NCBI RefSeq assembly: GCF_000142905.1 | Contig: NW_013657622.1 | Coordinates: forward strand, 162,780 to 226,779 | Direction: 5' to 3' | Origin: Thecamonas trahens ATCC 50062 | Taxonomy: Eukaryota; Protista; Apusomonadida | Length of the DNA stretch: 64,000 bases | Shown: positions 57,746 through 64,000 of the stretch, piece by piece | Position numbering within the stretch: the stretch's first letter is position 1 | Layout of the letters: the number at the start of each line of letters is the position of its first letter | The notes under the pieces: generated by a model | What the model saw: only the letters and a program-made list of their open reading frames with translations | Databases searched by the model: none | What the model was told of the DNA's origin: nothing | Made by a program: the position numbers and the translations under genes

Positions 57746-60700
57746 CTACAGCCCAAGCGCCTGCTCCTCTTCGTACAGCTCGCGGAGGAGCGCTTGTCGC
57801 CGCCGGGAGACCTGCGAGCGGTACGCCCGCGGCGGCGAGGCGGCGGTCGATGGACGCAGCGCACCGGCCGGAACGTGGACCTCGGTCGCGCTCGGCTCGC
57901 CCATGGTTACGTACGCCACCGTGACGTCGGCGTCGTCCACGGCCTCGCCGGTCGGAACCAGCGACATTCGCAGGCCAGACGACGTCGTCGGCCGCACCCG
58001 AAACGCGCGCCGCTCGTACTGGACCGGCGTCGGGAACGTCGGCGCCGATGGCGGCGCCCGCATCGTTCGCAGCGCCTGGCGTCGACCGGCAAGCGACATC
58101 GGCGACGCCCGCGCCTCCGAATCGACCAGCCATGCTGGCGCCACGCCACGGACAGGCGAGCCTATCGGGCGCGCCTGGCCAGCGGCGTACGCGTCCTCGG
58201 CCGCCGGCGTCAGCATGTGCGACGCGGCCATGACCGCCTCGCGCCGCGCCTGCTCCTCCTCCTGAATCAGCGCCCGCTTCACGCTCAGCCGCGCCTCGAT
58301 TGTCTTGTTCTCCGCAAACAGCCGGTCAAAGACCTTTTGCGTTGTGCGCAGCAGCGCAGCCCGCGCCTCTTCCGACATTGCCACCTCGCCCTCGATCGTT
58401 GCCGCCATCTCACGCGACGCCTCGGCAATCACCGCCTCGGGCATAGCCGCAGGCACCCACACCGGGCCCTCGGCCTCACGTAGCGCAGCCTCCGCCGCCG
58501 GCGCCGCAAACGACACACTACGGGTTGGTGGCGTTTCGGCCGGCGGCGACGCGGCGGAAGCAGCCGGCGGTGGCGTACTGGACGGCACAGAGGCGGCAGC
58601 AGGTGGTGACGGCGCGTTGGCGGCAGGAGGAGGTGGCGGCGACGTAGTGGCAGCGACCGGCGGTGGCGTACTGGGCGGCGCGGTGGCGGCAGCAGGTGGT
58701 GGCGAGGTGGCAGCAGAAAGTGGAGGCGACGACACTTCAGCGCTCGGCGGCGACACCTCAGCGGCGTCGGCCTGAGCCGGAACATTTCGGACGATGACCC
58801 GGACCTTGCCTTCGACGGCAACAGCAAGCTCGTCGGCCCGTTTGCGCTCGGCGGCGAGGTCTGCTTCGAGAGCGGCGATGCGCGATGCGTTGTCAGCAGC
58901 TGCAGCTGTCGCGGTGTCGTAGGCTTCGCGGAGGGCAGCTGTCTGGGCGCGGGCGAGGTAGAGCTCCTCGCGGGCGTTGGAGGCGTCGGCAGCCGAGGCG
59001 CGTGCGGCGGCGGCGTGGATCTCCGAGTCGGCGCGAGCCTCAGCATCGGCGAGGCGGGCTTCGAGCTCGGCGTTGGCAGACGCGGCGATCACTAGCCGCT
59101 CGCGGAGATTGTGCATCTTGGCGACGATGGCGGCCGAGGCGTCGGCGTCGGCAGCCGAGGGTTGCGGCGGACCGGTAGCGAGGGCGGCTAGGCGGGCGAT
59201 CTCGGCGCGGGCGGCGGTGAGTTGGCGGGCGGTGTTGGCGAGCGCATCCTCGGTGAGGAGTGCAGCGCGGGCGGCGTCGAGCTGCAGCGCGTCGGCGTGA
59301 TCATTGGCATCGCGGAGCATGTCCTTCTGCAGATCGAGCTGGACGTTGAGCGCATCGAGCTTGTGCTGGGTGGCCATGGCTGAAGCTGTGGCATCGCCGA
59401 CCTGCGAGTCGTATGTGGCGAGCCGGGCGTCGGCACGGGCCAGCTTGGCCTGGACCATGCGGATGGTATCAGTCTTCTCGGCGAGTTCGGCGGCATGGGC
59501 CGCGCGAGCCTTGCGGAACTCCTGGCGCATGTCTGCGAGCCGGATGCGGAACGACTCCTCGGCCTCGTCGAGGCGGGCGCGGGCGTCTGCTCCAGCGATG
59601 TGGACCTCGCCCTCGTAGTGCTCGCGGAGCGCCTTGAGCTCCTCAAAGTGGTTTGCGTCGTTGATCCGCAGCTGCTCGCGGAACCTAGCTTCGACCGTCT
59701 CGAGCTGGTCTGTCGTCGACGCGACTTGATCCCGCAAGTCGGCGATGGTATCCTCCAATTCGACGGCTTGCTGCTGGACAACCGCCGCGCACTCGGCCTC
59801 CATGGCCGCGCGCTCGCGGGCGAGCATGTTCGTCAGCTTGCGCTTCTCCATGAGATACACTTGCTGCACGTGCCGCTTTTCCTGAACGAGCTCGGCCCGC
59901 ATGTCGTTGAGCACCTGCTGCTGGTCCTTGGACGTGATGCCGGTCGCCAGGAGCTTCTCAAACGTCTCCATGTCCATGAACGAGCCATGTGACTTGGGCG
60001 CATACGACTCGTCGCCCGTCGCCCGTAGCAGCTGATCGCGGAGGACGGCCACGTCCTTGAGGTACGCCTTACGCTGGTCAGCAAGGAGCTTGTTCCGTCG
60101 CAGCAGATGGCCCTGCAGCACGTCGATCTCTCGCAGCAGCTCGCGGTTCTCGGCCTGTGCCGACTCGAGCGACGCTGCCATTGCACCGACGTCCTCCATA
60201 CGCATCCCAGCCTCACCGGGGCCACCACGCTCACTCTCGCCACTGTCGCCGCTCGTGCCAGCATGCTCAGCGTCGCCGTCATGCACGTCGGCGCTGCTGC
60301 GGCCGCCCGCGCCAGTGGAGGCAAGCACGGCTGAGACCTCGGCGGCGTTGCGATCGTACCATGACCCGCCGGTCGACTCGGCCTCGACAGACTTGGCAGC
60401 TGTGGAGACAAAGCCGGCGCGGACAACGTCTTCCACAAAGTTGTCGAGAATGATGTTGATTCTGGCGAGGAGGCGATCCTCGGCGGCGGCCGACCGGAGG
60501 CGATGGGCTCTCAGTGGCGGCGGATCGCTTGCGGAGAGCGGCCCATCCACCGGAGCGCCTGCCGCAGGCACGGCATCCATCGATGATGCGAGCGAGGCTG
60601 TGCGGGCGTAACGATCGGCGACGACGTCGGCAACCGAGTCGGGCAGGCGAGCGAGGGCTGAGGCGACTCGAGCACGTTCGGTGGCGGAGATAGCCGACGT

Positions 60701-60823
60701 TGCAGCGGCTGCAAACGCTGCTGCGAGCTCGCCCTTGACGGCATGAAGCCTCTGCTCAAGAAGCGCCGGCGCCGGCGGCACCTGCTGGCCTGACAAACGC
60801 TTTGCTGCCGCTTGGCGGGACAT
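57746..60823 (-). CDS. Coiled-coil protein with Pro/Ala-rich insert
   Basis: 1025-aa ORF with long heptad segments and a SPPP repeat region. Confidence 0.75.
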   Translation of the reverse strand: MSRQAAAKRLSGQQVPPAPALLEQRLHAVKGELAAAFAAAATSAISATERARVASALARLPDSVADVVADRYARTASLASSMDAVPAAGAPVDGPLSASDPPPLRAHRLRSAAAEDRLLARINIILDNFVEDVVRAGFVSTAAKSVEAESTGGSWYDRNAAEVSAVLASTGAGGRSSADVHDGDAEHAGTSGDSGESERGGPGEAGMRMEDVGAMAASLESAQAENRELLREIDVLQGHLLRRNKLLADQRKAYLKDVAVLRDQLLRATGDESYAPKSHGSFMDMETFEKLLATGITSKDQQQVLNDMRAELVQEKRHVQQVYLMEKRKLTNMLARERAAMEAECAAVVQQQAVELEDTIADLRDQVASTTDQLETVEARFREQLRINDANHFEELKALREHYEGEVHIAGADARARLDEAEESFRIRLADMRQEFRKARAAHAAELAEKTDTIRMVQAKLARADARLATYDSQVGDATASAMATQHKLDALNVQLDLQKDMLRDANDHADALQLDAARAALLTEDALANTARQLTAARAEIARLAALATGPPQPSAADADASAAIVAKMHNLRERLVIAASANAELEARLADAEARADSEIHAAAARASAADASNAREELYLARAQTAALREAYDTATAAAADNASRIAALEADLAAERKRADELAVAVEGKVRVIVRNVPAQADAAEVSPPSAEVSSPPLSAATSPPPAAATAPPSTPPPVAATTSPPPPPAANAPSPPAAASVPSSTPPPAASAASPPAETPPTRSVSFAAPAAEAALREAEGPVWVPAAMPEAVIAEASREMAATIEGEVAMSEEARAALLRTTQKVFDRLFAENKTIEARLSVKRALIQEEEQARREAVMAASHMLTPAAEDAYAAGQARPIGSPVRGVAPAWLVDSEARASPMSLAGRRQALRTMRAPPSAPTFPTPVQYERRAFRVRPTTSSGLRMSLVPTGEAVDDADVTVAYVTMGEPSATEVHVPAGALRPSTAASPPRAYRSQVSRRRQALLRELYEEEQALGL

Positions 60824-60890
60824 GGTTGCGCGGCGAGTGCGGTGTCACTCCTCCTGCAACGGCTGCTGACACCAGTACATAGCGTGGGCG

Positions 60891-61415
60891 CCAATTGAAT
60901 CTCGTTGGCATAATCGTTACCGCCACACCCAATTAACTCTCGTTGGCATATTCGTTACCGCCACACCCAATTAACTCTCGTTGGCATAATCGTTACCGCC
61001 ACACCCAATTAACTCTCGTTGGCATAGTCGTTACCGCCACACCCAATTAACTCTCGTTGGCATATTCGTCACCGCCACACCCAATTAACTCTCGTTGGCA
61101 TAGTCGTTACCGCCACACCCAATTAACTCTCGTTGGCATATTCGTCACCGCCACACCCAATTAACTCTCGTTGGCATAGTCGTTACCGCCACACCCAATT
61201 AACTCTCGTTGGCATAGTCGTTACCGCCACACCCAATTAACTCTCGTTGGCATAGTCGTCACCGCCACACCCAATTAACTCTCGTTGGCATAGTCGTTAC
61301 CGCCACACCCAATTAACTCTCGTTGGCATAGTCGTTACCGCCACACCCAATTAACTCTCGTTGGCATAGTCGTCACCGCCACACCCAATTAACTCTCGTT
61401 GGCATAGTCGTTACC
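60891..61415. repeat. 38-bp tandem array, ~14 copies, filling a divergent promoter region
   Basis: Unit ccaattaactctcgttggcatagtcgttaccgccacac. Variation is confined to ta[a/t/g]t and gt[t/c]a. No spacers. Confidence 0.98.
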
Positions 61416-61482
61416 AGGCCCTTCTCCAACCGCCTCCCCCTCCCAACCGCCACCCGCCCCAACACCGCACGCAGCTGCAGAG

Positions 61483-62712
61483 ATGGACCCGCTGTCACTG
61501 TCGAACCTGGACTCACCAGGAGCAGGAGCCGCGGGCGGGCAAAAGGCTGGAGGCCGTCTGGAAGCAGGTGGAGGTGGTGGGCAGGGGGGGATAGGCGGCG
61601 AGGCAGTGGCCGGTGGTCAGCTGGCGGCGTCGGTGGCAGCCATTGCTGCCGATGTGCGGATGCAATCGGCGAGCGTGAACGATGAGCTAGCGCGGGTCAA
61701 AGGCGAGGTCCAGGCACGGTTTGATCTTCTGACGGCGATGATTGCAGACGTGGCGGCGAGCGCGCCGCACTCGGCATCGATGCCGCTCCAGTCACCCGCG
61801 GCTACAGCTTCACCGCCGACCCATCACCCGCGGATCCGCGACGACGTCCGCCGGGTGGCCCAAGTCGAGGGCGCGCTTGCAGTCTTCCAGACCGAGGTCC
61901 TGGAGGTTCTCGCCGCGTCGCAGGCCGAGGTTGAGGGCCTGGTCGCCAAGATGGCAGGAATCGAGGCCCGCGTCGGTTCCGAGGAGGAGCTTGTCCGCGC
62001 CGCCGAGGCCTTTGTGGCTGCCGATGGCGAGGCTGTGGCACGGGCAGTGCGCGAGGCGAGCAGCGCCACGGCGGCGACCGACGCTCGGGTCGATCGGCTC
62101 GCCGCCAAGTGTGAGGAGCTTTACACCGGCTTTCGGGTTCTCGAGTCGAACGCGGTGGCCAAGTTTGCTGAGACCGACGACGAGGTGGCCGATCTCGGGT
62201 CGCAGCTCCGCTCGCTTCGCGAGCACGTCGACGCCGCTGTGGGCGACTCACATGCTGCAATCCGCGTCGAGCTTGACGCTGAGCGCGCCGCCCGCCGCAA
62301 CCTCGAGACGCTCGTCGCCTCGCTCCGCGACGAGCTCTATTCAGCGCGCGCCTCGTTCGAGTCGCTTGCGAGCCAGGTCGGCGCCCTCGCCGACTCGGCT
62401 GCCTTTGCCGAGTCGTCAGTCACTCGCGCAGAGCTGGACTCTGCCCTTGCCGGCCTCCGGGCAGAGGCTAAGCCCGCAGAAGCGGCGCTCAGCGAGCTCG
62501 CCGCCATCCGGGCCTCCATCGACGAGCTCACCACCCGGGTCTCGCGCAACACCCATGTCTCTGTAGCCAACGACATTGCCTTCCGCGCCCTTAAGGACAA
62601 GCTCGGCGGAGTTGTCGGCGTCTTTGAGGCCCAGCTCGCGCGCGACTACGAGGACGATGTCGTCGTCGGCGCCGAGATCGACAAGTTCCTCGCCTCGGTC
62701 AAGCGCTCGTAG
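61483..62712 (+). CDS. Coiled-coil hypothetical protein
   Basis: 409-aa ATG-initiated ORF with host codon bias and heptad pattern. Confidence 0.75.
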   Translation: MDPLSLSNLDSPGAGAAGGQKAGGRLEAGGGGGQGGIGGEAVAGGQLAASVAAIAADVRMQSASVNDELARVKGEVQARFDLLTAMIADVAASAPHSASMPLQSPAATASPPTHHPRIRDDVRRVAQVEGALAVFQTEVLEVLAASQAEVEGLVAKMAGIEARVGSEEELVRAAEAFVAADGEAVARAVREASSATAATDARVDRLAAKCEELYTGFRVLESNAVAKFAETDDEVADLGSQLRSLREHVDAAVGDSHAAIRVELDAERAARRNLETLVASLRDELYSARASFESLASQVGALADSAAFAESSVTRAELDSALAGLRAEAKPAEAALSELAAIRASIDELTTRVSRNTHVSVANDIAFRALKDKLGGVVGVFEAQLARDYEDDVVVGAEIDKFLASVKRS

Positions 62713-62759
62713 CCACCCAACTCAATCCTTAACGGTACGGTCGTTCGGACGCGTTGTCT

Positions 62760-63305
62760 CGCGTCTCAAAGTGAACAACTCGTTGATGCTTGACTTTCAG
62801 GTCACCGGCCGACGCTGCGCGACACCTGCTTGGACCGCGGCTTGAGGTGGGAGGCGCACCCGATGCGTGGCTCGCACGTGGGGCCTGCCGCCCGACGCTC
62901 GTCCCGGCGACGCCCTTGTGTGCAACGTGGGCGACGACCTCGCTGTTGTCGCGTGAAAGGACTTGACCGAGTGCCGTTTCCTGGCAACCTGCTCTCATCC
63001 TCCAGACTCAACGACGTTGTCGTTGCTCACCGAGACGACAGCGCCCTCGCCGCCAGCGCCGACGCCGTCAGCTCCGCGCCGTCGCGCAAGCGGAAGCATC
63101 CCTCTGCGCCGGCATTCTCGCCAAGAAAGCGCACCGCTGCAGCAGCTGCTCGTCATCATTACCACTCTCCCCAGCAAGCCGCTCTGCGATGCGACTGCCT
63201 CGCCTGCCCGAAACTCCATGGTAAGCGATCGCGGCCGCGGACCTTTTGCGCCGCGTGCGGCGTCCATCTCTGCCTCGCCGACTGTTTTCTGTTGTGGCAG
63301 CCATC
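62760..63305 (+). mobile_element. Probable piggyBac-like transposase C-terminal remnant
   Basis: H..RCDCLACPKLHGKRSRPRTFCAACGVHLCLADCFLLW matches the piggyBac C-terminal Cys-rich zinc-ribbon pattern (CxxC..RxxTxxxCxxCxVxLC..CFxxwH). No intact DDD core upstream. Confidence 0.55.
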
Positions 63306-64000
63306 AACACATTGTACTACTCTTACACCGCGATTGATGGGCGTTGCGACGTCTGTGGAGCGTCGCGGAGCGCGGCTTGCGCGATGGACAAACATGTCCA
63401 TTCTGTACCGTAAAGGGATAAAGTGTCGCGGCTCGTCGTGCTCATAGATACCTTCCCAGCGACTCTCAACCCATCGACCGAGTCGTCCCATGTAATCGAT
63501 CCGTCTCTCCAATCAATCAATCAATCAATCAAGCCAAATAACCAAGCGAGAGCCCCGAAAGCAACCAAAGCCGACAACACCTCTCCATTTCCATTAACAA
63601 TGTACGCCAGCCGTTGCCGCTCTTTCCAGGGGGGATCGCACCACACCCGCACCCGGAGCGACCTGCTGCTCCTGGGAGACGCGCCCCCTCCCCACGCGCC
63701 CCCCCCCCCCACTACTGGCATACTCGCCATGTCCAGCACACACTCTCCCACCCCCTTGTTCTCCCCTCCATGCCCTTCTGCGCTCTACATGCCGCCGTTC
63801 CGAGAACGTTCCTGGCGCCAAAAAATTCTGCGCTGTCCGCCCCTCGGCTCGCTCTCCCCTCCCTCTTTTGGCTGCCTCGGCCATCTACGTCTGCTTGCCG
63901 CTAGAGCGCAGCTTGCTCCCTCCTCCCTCCCCCCCCCACGACCACCCCCCCACTTGTTTCCCCTTGTCGTGTACCTGCCCCTCCCCGCTGCTGATTCTGG

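Noticed and set aside
60891-61415. CRISPR array
   Set aside because: The 38-bp units are contiguous with no unique spacers, there are no cas genes, and the context is eukaryotic.
1-64000. tRNA, rRNA or spliceosomal snRNA genes
   Set aside because: No recognisable conserved motifs seen by eye; tRNAscan and Infernal were not run.

Overview
GC-rich, gene-dense scaffold from a unicellular eukaryote. It has few short GT(ACG)-AG introns, five 100-N gaps and no prokaryotic features. Composition and gene content are compatible with an apusomonad such as Thecamonas (inference only). About 21 protein genes can be read. Well supported: INTS1, V-ATPase subunit D, an ELO fatty-acid elongase, a Cyc8/Ssn6-like TPR protein, a TACC-domain protein, a plant-type GT37 fucosyltransferase, an FG-GAP surface protein and an LRR multi-pass membrane protein. 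More unusual: a 7TM gustatory-receptor-like (GRL) channel candidate; an intron-split Dad1-like (DASH/Dam1 kinetochore) gene that the ORF track misses and that overlaps its antisense neighbour; a tandem double pseudo-PARP; and a PstS-like / pseudokinase / degenerate cyclase / pseudokinase receptor. Non-coding structure: four promoter-side minisatellites (three share the core TCGTTGG, including a 14 x 38 bp array between divergent genes), a ~320-380 bp dispersed repeat present twice, a piggyBac-like C-terminal remnant and a UUCG hairpin. Many genes carry single-base frameshifts, mostly in short homopolymers, which are most likely assembly errors. All family calls come from remembered motifs, not database searches.
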